The notes below the pieces were generated by a model. The model was given only the letters and a program-made list of their open reading frames with translations. It did no database searches and was not told where the DNA came from. Positions 17,884 through 27,499 of a DNA stretch of 64,000 nucleotides are shown piece by piece. The translations under genes and the position numbers were made by a program. Positions within the stretch are counted from its first letter, which is position 1, and every line of letters starts with the position of its first letter. The DNA is from Candidatus Poribacteria bacterium (GTDB lineage Bacteria; Poribacteria; WGA-4E; WGA-3G): the NCBI GenBank assembly GCA_965215265.1, contig OZ244048.1, positions 3,616,001-3,680,000 on the forward strand, written 5' to 3'.

Positions 17884-20800
17884 TTAAAATGCTTGGCCGA
17901 GTCCTAAGTGGTACTTAAAACCGGGCTCTAATTCAATTAAATCTGTGTTTCGGGCTGCGGCAAAATCGATAGAAAACAGTCCTATTTGGAGGCGAAGTCC
18001 AAGCCCGATTGATGCTTTGACATCATCCAACCGAAACCGATATGTGTTCCCAGTTTTTCGTGCGAAGATGCGGAACGGATTTTCAGGTCCGTATTCCCAA
18101 TCCGACCAGGCCCCGCCAATATCTGCAAAGAGAATGCCGCGGATGCCACCAAGCGTCCACTGAACCGGCCAGCCGAAATGGAGAATATCTATGAAGGGTA
18201 TCCGCACTTCGGCATTCAACAACCCGATGCGTGAACCTATCAATTCCTCGTAGTTATAACCTCGCAGTGTATCAATTCCACCGAGATAAAAGAGGTCTTT
18301 ATCCGTGCCAAAACTACCGCCGAGTAATAACCGGAGTGCGACAGTGGAACGGCGTCCAAGACTGAAGTAACGACGTGCGTCGAGAACAACGTTGGTAAAC
18401 GATAATTCGCTCCCGACAGATGTGAACGCCCGTTCTACCTCAAACCGGTAGCGTGAACCGGTATAAGGATAGAACTCTCTCCACATTGTTGTATCACCAA
18501 TAAAGGCGATTGACCCGAGCGACAGCAAGCCTCTGTTATCGTATGGATCTAATGGGCGACTCGTCTGGAAGTTGAACAAAAACGGCATAGTCTGCATTGA
18601 AACACCGATGTCAAGCCGGTGATATCTATCATAAGGATAACTCAGATAACCGCCGATGCCGGTAATCCGTTGTAAAACGCCGCGCCGACTTTGGATCCTA
18701 CCCAAAATATGGTATTCATGGTAATTGTAAACGCTGATTCCAATATCTGGCCGGTGCGTTAAAAGACCGTACTGTGCAATGAAGTCCGGCGCGAGATAGG
18801 AGGATTGGTTCATCACAGTTACCCCGAATCGATGGTTGCCTAACATATCGCTACCGATAATTTGCACTGTGCTGCGCAGTAGCCCATCTGCCCCCATGCT
18901 AAAATTAGGAAAGATTGCATCCAACACAAACGACGATTTTGTACTGTACTTCCGTTTTGCAATCCGATAATTCCGCTCATCTGCTGTTTTTTCGTACCAG
19001 TGTAAGGGAGATGGCTCAACCTCCTCCGATTGTAACACTGCATCAGGTCGCAAGTCAACCTCTTCTTCAACTATCTTTGCAGTCTCCATGAGATAGACAT
19101 CGTACTTTCCATTCTGATATGCACTAAACAAGAGCATCCTGCCATCAGGTGACAAACTCGCGTTGAAACAGCCCGTCATCATGTTAGTCAAACGGGTTAG
19201 CCGCCAACCCGTTTTTCCGTTTTGCGGCGCATTTTCTGAATTTGCTAGCGGTTGGATTTTGTGTACGTCGTAAACACCTTGGATGTCGGCACAAAAGATG
19301 ATTGATTCACCATCAGGGGTCCAGGTTGGGCTCATTGCATTGAAGGTCCCGTCTGTTAAAAGCCGCGGTGAAGTAGCAATCGGCATCAATTTATCTGCTA
19401 CCGTCTCAATCTGAACCAGCCGGTTTCTACCGCCGCGTTCGGAGGCGTAAACAATTTCATCCCGCGTTGGGTGCCATGAAGGATGTGTATCGTGAAACAC
19501 GTCTGATGTCAGAGGCGTAACATCTCCAGTACTTAATTCAATAATATAAAGATCTGTACGTGCTTCTGATAAACCGGAGAAAACTATCCGTTTGCCTTGC
19601 CCGTCGTAATCGGGACTTGTGACATTATCAAAATCGAGTTTATAATAATGCGTGAGTTCAGTTGTCAAAATGTTGATTTCAAGCAAATAATTTGCATCGT
19701 GATGCTTCGCGATAAACGCGATCCTGTCTCCATCAGGTGCCCATGCAATGCTTCTACCAAACCCGTTAAAATCTGTTCGGATGTCCTCGTATTTACTACG
19801 GAAAAACCGTTTCGTGAGTCGTTCAATCCGTTCGCCAGTCTTCGCCGAGACTAGCACAATCTCCAGAAAGCCGTCATTCCCCGTTACGTATGCAATAATA
19901 TCGCCGCTCGGTGCCCACACAGGCTTTATGTTATGCGAATATCTAGATTTTTCAGTAAGGTTCTTCGCCAAGAGTTCAGGCAGTTCGAGATCTTGGATGA
20001 GCGGCCAGTAGCGTTTTCGCACTTTTTGTCGCCAAGCTTTATCAAAGTCTGCAAGCGTAACCCCGAGTACTTCTTTGAAGACACGGTCTAAGTCCTTTGT
20101 GCGGCTCTCGCGCAGCCCGTGCATAATTTCAGCGACTTTCTCACGGCCGTATGTTTCACATAGATAGGCGACAGCGAGCTGTCCCATCTTATATCCAACG
20201 TAAGGTGAGCGGAGCCGGTTGAAATTCTGCAATTGTGGTAACGGAACGATAGCGTTATTGATACTGGCATCCCGAAGGACCATCTCACCTATCGCATCAT
20301 TATCTTCAGCGAAGTAGTCTGCCATTCCTTCTATAAACCAGACAGGCGGAGAGTAAAGAAATTCACCGCTATAGATGCGCATGTGTGGCTTTTGATAGAT
20401 AATATCGTACTGAAAAACATGGATCAGTTCGTGGAAGATTACCTCACGGAACGCTTCAAGTGACCCGGTAAACGGTATAACGACGCGATGTTTAAAGAGC
20501 TCGGCGAACCCGCCAATTCCTTCGTGGAGTTCTTGGAGGATAATGTTCGTTTCCTGAAAATCTTTATGCGATTTGTAAAGAATGAGCGGTGTCCTATTCT
20601 CCAATTCATGCTCAAAATCTTCGCTGTGTTTTTCGTAGGCTTCCTCAGCAATATCTGCCATAATCGGCACCAGTTTCGCCTCGCTCGGATAGTAGTGAAT
20701 GTCAAAATGTTCTGTGCGATGGATGTGCCAATCAAAACGTTGTCCTGTAATCTTATTTTTGCCGAATCCTTGTGCCCAACACAGATTTGCCTGAATCAGT

Positions 20801-21000
20801 AAGACTAAGATGAGTAAGATTCTTTGTCGGCAGAAGCGATAAGCCCTATTTGGCACGAACGACCCTATACCTATCTCGGAATCAGAATCAACGCTACGAA
20901 TGCTGCGTGGTATCCGGTGAGTATTCGTTCGTTGTTCCTTCACCAACCGGCGGCATACGCTTTTGTTGATACGGTGAGAAGGGAATTTTGTCATTATCAT
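17884..21000 (-). CDS. Outer-membrane protein: peptidase-MA-like domain, PD40/TolB-like propeller and BamA/TamA-type barrel (start uncertain)
   Basis: QGFGKNKI, TEHFDIHYY, HELIH..EGMAD metallopeptidase motif, P.W.PDG repeats, LGGIDTLRGY, C-terminal LGQAF. Confidence 0.85.
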   Translation of the reverse strand: MIMTKFPSHRINKSVCRRLVKEQRTNTHRIPRSIRSVDSDSEIGIGSFVPNRAYRFCRQRILLILVLLIQANLCWAQGFGKNKITGQRFDWHIHRTEHFDIHYYPSEAKLVPIMADIAEEAYEKHSEDFEHELENRTPLILYKSHKDFQETNIILQELHEGIGGFAELFKHRVVIPFTGSLEAFREVIFHELIHVFQYDIIYQKPHMRIYSGEFLYSPPVWFIEGMADYFAEDNDAIGEMVLRDASINNAIVPLPQLQNFNRLRSPYVGYKMGQLAVAYLCETYGREKVAEIMHGLRESRTKDLDRVFKEVLGVTLADFDKAWRQKVRKRYWPLIQDLELPELLAKNLTEKSRYSHNIKPVWAPSGDIIAYVTGNDGFLEIVLVSAKTGERIERLTKRFFRSKYEDIRTDFNGFGRSIAWAPDGDRIAFIAKHHDANYLLEINILTTELTHYYKLDFDNVTSPDYDGQGKRIVFSGLSEARTDLYIIELSTGDVTPLTSDVFHDTHPSWHPTRDEIVYASERGGRNRLVQIETVADKLMPIATSPRLLTDGTFNAMSPTWTPDGESIIFCADIQGVYDVHKIQPLANSENAPQNGKTGWRLTRLTNMMTGCFNASLSPDGRMLLFSAYQNGKYDVYLMETAKIVEEEVDLRPDAVLQSEEVEPSPLHWYEKTADERNYRIAKRKYSTKSSFVLDAIFPNFSMGADGLLRSTVQIIGSDMLGNHRFGVTVMNQSSYLAPDFIAQYGLLTHRPDIGISVYNYHEYHILGRIQSRRGVLQRITGIGGYLSYPYDRYHRLDIGVSMQTMPFLFNFQTSRPLDPYDNRGLLSLGSIAFIGDTTMWREFYPYTGSRYRFEVERAFTSVGSELSFTNVVLDARRYFSLGRRSTVALRLLLGGSFGTDKDLFYLGGIDTLRGYNYEELIGSRIGLLNAEVRIPFIDILHFGWPVQWTLGGIRGILFADIGGAWSDWEYGPENPFRIFARKTGNTYRFRLDDVKASIGLGLRLQIGLFSIDFAAARNTDLIELEPGFKYHLGLGQAF

Positions 21001-21111
21001 GTTAAACTCCGAAATACAGACTTGTGCCCGGGCAATTCAGCAATACCTGATATGCAAGTCTGAAGATATTTAGGAAACACTCGTGTGATGCAGGCAATTT
21101 TTTAGAGAAGT

Positions 21112-21897
21112 TCACTTAAGTAGGTACCTATCTTCACGTTCGTAGTGCGGTGAAATTCTACGTGTAAATTCGGCAATAGCACGTCTGCTAAGTTCTCTGG
21201 CAGTGTTCTCTTGTGGTCCTGCTTGTGAAAAGATGAAGGACCCGAGGGTATGGGCTTCGGCAGTGCTTCCGCGATACGCTTCATCCCAAACGACAAGAGC
21301 CTCCGCCTTGTCCGTTTCGACATCAATAATCAAAATGCGGAGTGTGAGAAAATAGGTTTTCTGCATATAGTCTTGGTAATTCAAGACATATCTTTGCCGT
21401 TGCACGGAATAGCGTTCGCCGTAATACCGCCTCGGGCGGCTATCCGAATCAAACTTGTATGTTCCAATAATGATGGCTTTGACTTCAAAATAACGACCTA
21501 GCTCCCGCAAACGTTCCGTATCAGATAGCCATTCTTTGGTGACTTTTTCTCCAGTCAGCAGGCGGGCGGTTTCCTGAGTACTAACAACATCAAAATGGTG
21601 TAAGTGAGAGCCCGCTTTATCGGAAACTTGGAAGTTTCGCTTGAGCCCACGCCGGAGAATCGCGGCAATATCTTCCCCGAGTTGTGAAGAAGCAGCCTCT
21701 TGGTGGTCATCGACAAACGGCAGGACAGCGAAGTTAGAGTACCGAGTAATATCAATTTCTGACTGCACCTTGACCGGGATAGAAACACGCGTGACAGCTG
21801 GGCTACATCCGCAAAAGGTTATGGCTACCAATATTGCAGCATAACTTGTGAGTTTGCGAATGCTTCTAACTGTGAGACTCTGCGTTATCTTCCACAT
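21112..21897 (-). CDS. Lipoprotein (CsgG/HfaB-like fold suspected)
   Basis: Lipobox-like TFCGC; FAVLPF, FDVVS, AIIIG, LRILIIDVET pattern. Confidence 0.55.
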   Translation of the reverse strand: MWKITQSLTVRSIRKLTSYAAILVAITFCGCSPAVTRVSIPVKVQSEIDITRYSNFAVLPFVDDHQEAASSQLGEDIAAILRRGLKRNFQVSDKAGSHLHHFDVVSTQETARLLTGEKVTKEWLSDTERLRELGRYFEVKAIIIGTYKFDSDSRPRRYYGERYSVQRQRYVLNYQDYMQKTYFLTLRILIIDVETDKAEALVVWDEAYRGSTAEAHTLGSFIFSQAGPQENTARELSRRAIAEFTRRISPHYEREDRYLLK

Positions 21898-21931
21898 TTT
21901 CTGTATTAACTTCTTTGGCCTCCTACGTCAA

Positions 21932-22327
21932 TTATTCGTTCGGGCGGGTGCCAACATCTTCATCAGAACCAACCGTTCCGCTCCGACGTATATTTATACG
22001 GCATCGGCGATGGTTAAGTCTGTAGTATTGATTGTCTGGTGCAATTTCGGTTGCGCGCTGATAGCAGGCAAGTGCCTCCTCAGTTTTCCCCAATGCCTCG
22101 TAAGCAACCCCGAGGTTGTTGTATGCTTTGGAATTCTCTGTGTCAAGGGCTATCACCTGCTCCCACCGGAAGATGGCTTCGTTCCACAACTCCGCCTGCG
22201 CTGCTTTTATGGCAAATCTATTGTAGGCAGATGCTTGTGTAGCATCACGCGAAGTTGCACACCCTAACAGTGTACAAAAAACAATCATGCAAATAGCACT
22301 ATGCACGGACGGGTTATGTTGTAGCAT
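21932..22327 (-). CDS. TPR lipoprotein
   Basis: LLGC lipobox; AYNNLGVAYEALG..EEAL..YQRA.EIAP TPR. Confidence 0.85.
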   Translation of the reverse strand: MLQHNPSVHSAICMIVFCTLLGCATSRDATQASAYNRFAIKAAQAELWNEAIFRWEQVIALDTENSKAYNNLGVAYEALGKTEEALACYQRATEIAPDNQYYRLNHRRCRINIRRSGTVGSDEDVGTRPNE

Positions 22328-22365
22328 ATCTATTTACCTCAGAACATTTCAATTATGCCTTAAGT

Positions 22366-22485
22366 ATTGTACGCTGAATTGATTTTTTTGTCAAGTTTTT
22401 CGTAATTAGAACACTTAGTTCCATAAGAGTATTCTATTTACGTAGGCTCACCTAATAGTATAGCCTTTTTTTGCCAATATGTCAA
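22366..22485 (-). promoter_or_regulatory. Two sigma70-type promoters for the long minus-strand gene run
   Basis: TTGACA-17-TACAAT (22394-22366) and TTGACA-17-TATACT (22485-22457). Confidence 0.7.
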
Positions 22486-22619
22486 TGTGTAATGTGTAAT
22501 GTGTAATGAAAAGCAAATGAAATTTTGTGATTGGCGATCGAGTTCATTTTCTATATACCGAGGAGATGCTTTTGTGTTATACTTTTAGCAAACCTGATAT
22601 ATTAGAAGAGGGACGTACA

Positions 22620-23720
22620 ATGTCCAACACAACTCCACTTCGTACTGTTATTGTCGGCTGTGGCATGATTGCAGCTGGGGGCTATCAGCCCCGCTGTGCA
22701 GCATACCCACATCAGATTGAATTGGTTGGCTACTACGACCAGGACGAAGCGCGAGCAGCAGCTTTAGCAGAGAAAAATGGTGGCCGTGTCTATAAATCAC
22801 TTGATGAAGTCCTCAATGATTCAAACGTAGAAGCGATTATTAATTTAACTATCCACATCGCTCACTATTCCGTTTCTTTAGCAGCACTCAAAGCAGGCAA
22901 ACATGTCTACTCTGAAAAACCTATTTCCATCCGCACGGACGAAGCGAACGAACTGGTGGAAACAGCCGAGGCAATGGATTTAAAATTGGCATGTGCACCA
23001 TCAGCGATTTTGGGCTATGTCCAACAGAACGTATGGAAACGCATCCGTGCTGGAGAGATTGGCGATGTCATTTCCGCAGTCGGCAATTTTGGAGGCCCCT
23101 TAGAGCATTGGCATCCTAATGCCGATGCATTTTTAATGCATGCTGGGCCGTTTCGAGATGTTGCGCCGTATCCTTTAACGGCCATGACAACAATGATTGC
23201 GCCTGTCAAAACGGTCCATGGATTCGCCAGAGTTGCTGTCCCTAAGCGGTTGTTACACCAAGGCCCCCGGAAAGGTACTGAATTCGAGATTACCGAGAAG
23301 GACCATGGGTTCGCCGTGCTCGAATTTGAGAACGGGGCACACGGGCTAATCTATCACAGTTTTACGATCTCTTCTGGAATTCCTCCTTATGAAATCCATG
23401 GGACAAAAGGTGGGTTCTCGCTTCAAGCACACGATGATGGACGAGGCATCCAAAAATTCACCCCTAAAAATGGATGGACAGATGAAGATTCACCCCCGAA
23501 AGCATACATAGGTTTAGATTGGGGGAAAGGTGTGGCAGACTTCGCAAGCGCGATTCGGAACAACCGGCTGCCACGATGTAACGGGGCGCAAGCTCGTCAC
23601 GCCCTGGAAGTGTGCGAACGCGTGATTGAATCCTCCGACTTAGGTAAAGCTGTTGATGTCGTTAGCCGCTTTCCTGCACCACAGCCGGTTGGCGCAATAG
23701 CTCCATGGGATATAAGTTAA
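22620..23720 (+). CDS. Gfo/Idh/MocA family oxidoreductase
   Basis: IVGCGMIA, GKHVYSEKP; ATG 22620 after GAGGGA. Confidence 0.9.
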   Translation: MSNTTPLRTVIVGCGMIAAGGYQPRCAAYPHQIELVGYYDQDEARAAALAEKNGGRVYKSLDEVLNDSNVEAIINLTIHIAHYSVSLAALKAGKHVYSEKPISIRTDEANELVETAEAMDLKLACAPSAILGYVQQNVWKRIRAGEIGDVISAVGNFGGPLEHWHPNADAFLMHAGPFRDVAPYPLTAMTTMIAPVKTVHGFARVAVPKRLLHQGPRKGTEFEITEKDHGFAVLEFENGAHGLIYHSFTISSGIPPYEIHGTKGGFSLQAHDDGRGIQKFTPKNGWTDEDSPPKAYIGLDWGKGVADFASAIRNNRLPRCNGAQARHALEVCERVIESSDLGKAVDVVSRFPAPQPVGAIAPWDIS

Positions 23721-23733
23721 ATGGCGGAACCGG

Positions 23734-26403
23734 TTATTTGCCTAGGCTAATCATATTAGCAAAAAGACGGTACGCGCCCTCCACACCAGCGGGTAGTTGA
23801 CGATAAAAGGCATAAGCGGCATAGATATACGTGCCTTCCCCATACTCTGCGTAAAGGAAGCCTCCATGTTGCGGTTCTTGTTCCCGATCGTTGCACGACA
23901 GTAGTGCCAGATAGTTTGCATCCCATTCGGTTAGGAATTTTGAACCGCGTTCCTCAACCCAATCCTCAAAATCTGCTGTCGTAATTTGATTAGGGAAATG
24001 GAAAATCCGATTATGGGGTTGCAAGATGCTGACCGAGGCATCTTCCTCTGAAACTTCTTCTGGCCTCCTACCCATTGTATAAGGATAGGGCCCGAACGGA
24101 GCAGCATCAAACTCCGGAGTCTGATATTGCACGATGAGATTACCGCCATTATGCACGTAATCAAGAAGGCGACTGTTATAGGCGATGAGGTCACGGCGAA
24201 CAGCATAAGCACGAATTCCGACGAGAATCGTATCATACTGTTTCAAATCGCCTGTACGCAGCTCCTCACGGTTAAGCATTTGCACCTCGACACCTAATTG
24301 CTGCAAAGCCTCTGCAACCTTATCGCCTACGCCCATGATGTATCCGACTCGCAAATTTTGCGGGCGTTTGACTTTAATAGCGTTGAGTAGCATTGTAGCA
24401 GGACGATATAGGTGACGAGGCTCCAGATCTGGATGCTCAATTGCTTGATAACCGGTACTGTATTCTTTACCGTTGTAAGTCGCAATTGCCTGAATTGTGT
24501 AATTTTTGCGGGCTTCGATGTTCTGTGCCGATACAAGGAAGTTAAACGTCCGACTCGCCCCTTGGTGTGTAAAAGAAAAAGGAATCGATTCTGGAGCAGC
24601 AGTCCAACCGTGAGGGAGTTGAAGCACAACCCCTCCTTCAGCCTGTCCTCTGACGTTATTTAGCACCTCCACCGTTGTAGAAAAAAGTTGTTCACTATCG
24701 TCTTCCTGGACCGGAATAACGCCGATGCGTGGCGAAATTGTTAGACTGAGTGCTGGCGCGACGGTTAGTAAACGCCTTTTTTCGCCCCAGGGCCGGTTAA
24801 TAGATACCGTCTCTACCGGTTGTTTCAGTCTAAAAGCCACACCATTAACGCGATAGGTTAAAATACCGTGAACTTCCGGAGGGGCAAAAGGCTCAAAACG
24901 GAATTCCGGTTGGTTAAGTGTGTAAACAGCATCATGGTATTCGGACGCACGTGTCCAATACGGTTGTGTATAGCCTGCATCGGGCGGAACCTCTACTTCA
25001 AACTCAAGAGTGACAGGCGCATTTTTTTGCAGACGTGTTATTTGCCCTGCTGCTTCTCCAGATTGAATTTTGCGGACATTCCAACCTTCCGGAGTGTGGA
25101 GGAATGCATCAACAAGGACAGTTTCAATATCAGTCGGATTCACCATTCGCATCGTAATGGAAAACTTTTGCCCTGGAATTGCGACAGTGAAGGTTTCAGA
25201 CGAGCCGGATGTAGCTTGTGCACGTACTTCTAGCGACAGTCCAAGTGCTGCGTTTGCTGCTATCATAAACTCCTGTTCCTTATTCCGGAGTAAGAAAAGC
25301 AGATGGGAGCGTGTGGTATCACCAAGTTCTGCCTGCTTTATCTTTTCGATTAAATCGCGTGTCGTTTTTAAACCGATGGCAAGGTACTCTATCACTTCCC
25401 AAGGTTTCCGGGCATCAAAAATACGCAGTGCCGCCTCAACGTTTTTATCAAGTTGTACAAAATCCGCATCTAACGTTGACACGTTAGCAAATGTCGACAT
25501 ACTGCTAATTGTGGTATCCACCCCATCAAAAATACTTGTCTCAGCACCTGTTTTGGGCAATGTTGAATCGACTAACCTCAATTCAGCAAACAAAGCGCCT
25601 TTGGATGCGCGCGTCTGCCCTACCCCTTGCGATCGTTGGTAGCTAAGCCCCTTGCGTGCAATTTGATGGTAAGAGAGCCCGAGCAAAGGATTGTACTCAC
25701 CTATATCAATTTTTAGGGGCTGCGGATCCGTGATATCCGTCTCGCTCTCGCTGCGTCTCCATCGTGAACGTGTAATATAGAGTTTCTTCGGTTGCCAGGG
25801 TTGGATTCCTTCCTGACTATGTTCAGGAAAACGTGTTGCATCCGCTGCGGCACGGAACGCTTCTAACGTGACAACCCCTGAAGCCTGATGGTGTCCATGT
25901 CCATCTTGACGGTTTCCTTGAAAACGCGAGATGATGACATCGGGGCGGTACTGGCGAATCAACCGGACCATATCCTCCAATAACATCTGATAGTCCCATT
26001 TCTCCAGCGTTTCGTCCAACCTTTTAGAATAGCCGAAGTCTACTGCCCTGCTAAAAAACAGATCAACTCCGTAGTGGTATGCTGCGGCCAGATGCTCCTC
26101 TGTCCGGACAATTCCTAATGCATCAAACAGTTCCGGGCCGATGAGGTTCGCACCGCCTTCTCCGCGTGTTGTTGAGTATAATCCCGTTCTAACTCCTTGC
26201 CCTCGGCTGAGCCAGGTTAACAACGAACCATTTTCATCGTCAGGATGAGCGACAGTATGTAGAACGGTAGCAGTTGTCTGTAAACGTTGCAAAGCACGCC
26301 AAACTTCTGCTGCATGAGTCGCGTTAAAGATTTCACTAGTCCCTGCCATTGCTACGGACCCCCCTATTATGAACGTGAATATAAAGATAGTGAAGCTCTT
26401 CAT
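23734..26403 (-). CDS. Secreted PIG-L family deacetylase with NEW3/GATase-like C-terminal domains
   Basis: AHPDDE, TRGEGG.NLIG, DFGYSK, HGHHQ, GGNLIVQY, AFYRQLPAGV.GAYRLFAN. Confidence 0.9.
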   Translation of the reverse strand: MKSFTIFIFTFIIGGSVAMAGTSEIFNATHAAEVWRALQRLQTTATVLHTVAHPDDENGSLLTWLSRGQGVRTGLYSTTRGEGGANLIGPELFDALGIVRTEEHLAAAYHYGVDLFFSRAVDFGYSKRLDETLEKWDYQMLLEDMVRLIRQYRPDVIISRFQGNRQDGHGHHQASGVVTLEAFRAAADATRFPEHSQEGIQPWQPKKLYITRSRWRRSESETDITDPQPLKIDIGEYNPLLGLSYHQIARKGLSYQRSQGVGQTRASKGALFAELRLVDSTLPKTGAETSIFDGVDTTISSMSTFANVSTLDADFVQLDKNVEAALRIFDARKPWEVIEYLAIGLKTTRDLIEKIKQAELGDTTRSHLLFLLRNKEQEFMIAANAALGLSLEVRAQATSGSSETFTVAIPGQKFSITMRMVNPTDIETVLVDAFLHTPEGWNVRKIQSGEAAGQITRLQKNAPVTLEFEVEVPPDAGYTQPYWTRASEYHDAVYTLNQPEFRFEPFAPPEVHGILTYRVNGVAFRLKQPVETVSINRPWGEKRRLLTVAPALSLTISPRIGVIPVQEDDSEQLFSTTVEVLNNVRGQAEGGVVLQLPHGWTAAPESIPFSFTHQGASRTFNFLVSAQNIEARKNYTIQAIATYNGKEYSTGYQAIEHPDLEPRHLYRPATMLLNAIKVKRPQNLRVGYIMGVGDKVAEALQQLGVEVQMLNREELRTGDLKQYDTILVGIRAYAVRRDLIAYNSRLLDYVHNGGNLIVQYQTPEFDAAPFGPYPYTMGRRPEEVSEEDASVSILQPHNRIFHFPNQITTADFEDWVEERGSKFLTEWDANYLALLSCNDREQEPQHGGFLYAEYGEGTYIYAAYAFYRQLPAGVEGAYRLFANMISLGK

Positions 26404-27239
26404 GAGTCATGACTCCTTTCAGCCAATGCGTGCCGGAGCATCTCCACGGTTTGTGGGACACCATTCTGCGCATCTGCTTTCCCTTCAAATTCAATAGATA
26501 CATATCCGTGAAACCCGACAGAATTCAGAATTTCCGCTATTTTAGCATAATCCAATTCTAATGTATACCACTCGCCTCCGCCGTAATAGCTTTTGGCATG
26601 AACAAGTACGGTTTCATCGGCAATCTGCCTGAGTTTTTCGTACGGGTCGGAAAGAAAATTCCCGCAATCCATTGTCACCTTCAACCAATCTGAGTTAATA
26701 GCGGAAACGATATGATTCACGCCATGGGGCGTACATGTTAACCCCCAATGATTTTCAAGCGCAAGGACGACTCCGTACCTCTCAGCATCCGGGAGGCACT
26801 GTTCAATGGCAGCAATAACCCAAGCGAATGCCTCATCCTCAGTGTGCCCGGGGAGTGTTGGTTCTTGTCCCTCTAATTTCATCAATTCATTAAAAGACCC
26901 GGCGGTACCCCATCGTCCAGAGTTAAGTCGAATCGCGGGGATACCGAGCTCATGCGCCAACCGGATGCAATGAATCGTATGATTAATGTTTTTTTGTCGC
27001 GTTTCGATATTTGGTGAAACGAAGCCCTGATGAATAGAGAGGGCATACAGATCGAGTCCATGAAGAAAGGCATGCCGCTTCAGTTTTTGAAGATAAGAAT
27101 TTGCTTCGGATACCATTTGTTGATGAAGAATCTCAACGCCATCAAGTTCAAGACGCGCGGCTGCCTCAATGACATGCTCAATGGGCACGCGCTCAGGTGT
27201 GAAATGCCAATAGGAATAAGTAGATACGCCAAGTTTCAT
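26400..27239 (-). CDS. Sugar phosphate isomerase/epimerase (AP_endonuc_2 TIM barrel)
   Basis: LALENHWG, DCGNF, VHAKSY, YVSIEFEG. Confidence 0.9.
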   Translation of the reverse strand: MKLGVSTYSYWHFTPERVPIEHVIEAAARLELDGVEILHQQMVSEANSYLQKLKRHAFLHGLDLYALSIHQGFVSPNIETRQKNINHTIHCIRLAHELGIPAIRLNSGRWGTAGSFNELMKLEGQEPTLPGHTEDEAFAWVIAAIEQCLPDAERYGVVLALENHWGLTCTPHGVNHIVSAINSDWLKVTMDCGNFLSDPYEKLRQIADETVLVHAKSYYGGGEWYTLELDYAKIAEILNSVGFHGYVSIEFEGKADAQNGVPQTVEMLRHALAERSHDS

Positions 27240-27382
27240 AGATCATAATCCTTCTAAATGATAATGCACTTTCCGTTTTAATAAATTTGTGGTATTTATT
27301 GATTTAACTTCCAGTATGTCTGCAGCATATTTCACGGTAATTACGTCTACATCTGTGTGTATTCTGTTGATTTTTTTAAAGT

Positions 27383-27424
27383 AAAACCGGCCGATACTCT
27401 CTATAGGAGGTGACGGCCGGTTTT
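27383..27424. terminator. Intrinsic terminator-like hairpin
   Basis: AAAACCGGCCG...CGGCCGGTTTT downstream of the DUF4159 gene. Confidence 0.6.
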
Positions 27425-27499
27425 ATTGGATGGGTTGAAAAACCCATCTCACATATCCAAAAACTGCGTTATCCCAAAATACCTACTAAAACGGCGGGA

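Noticed and set aside
22484-22508. AATGTGT tandem repeat, about 3.5 copies
   Set aside because: Too short to support phase variation; intergenic.
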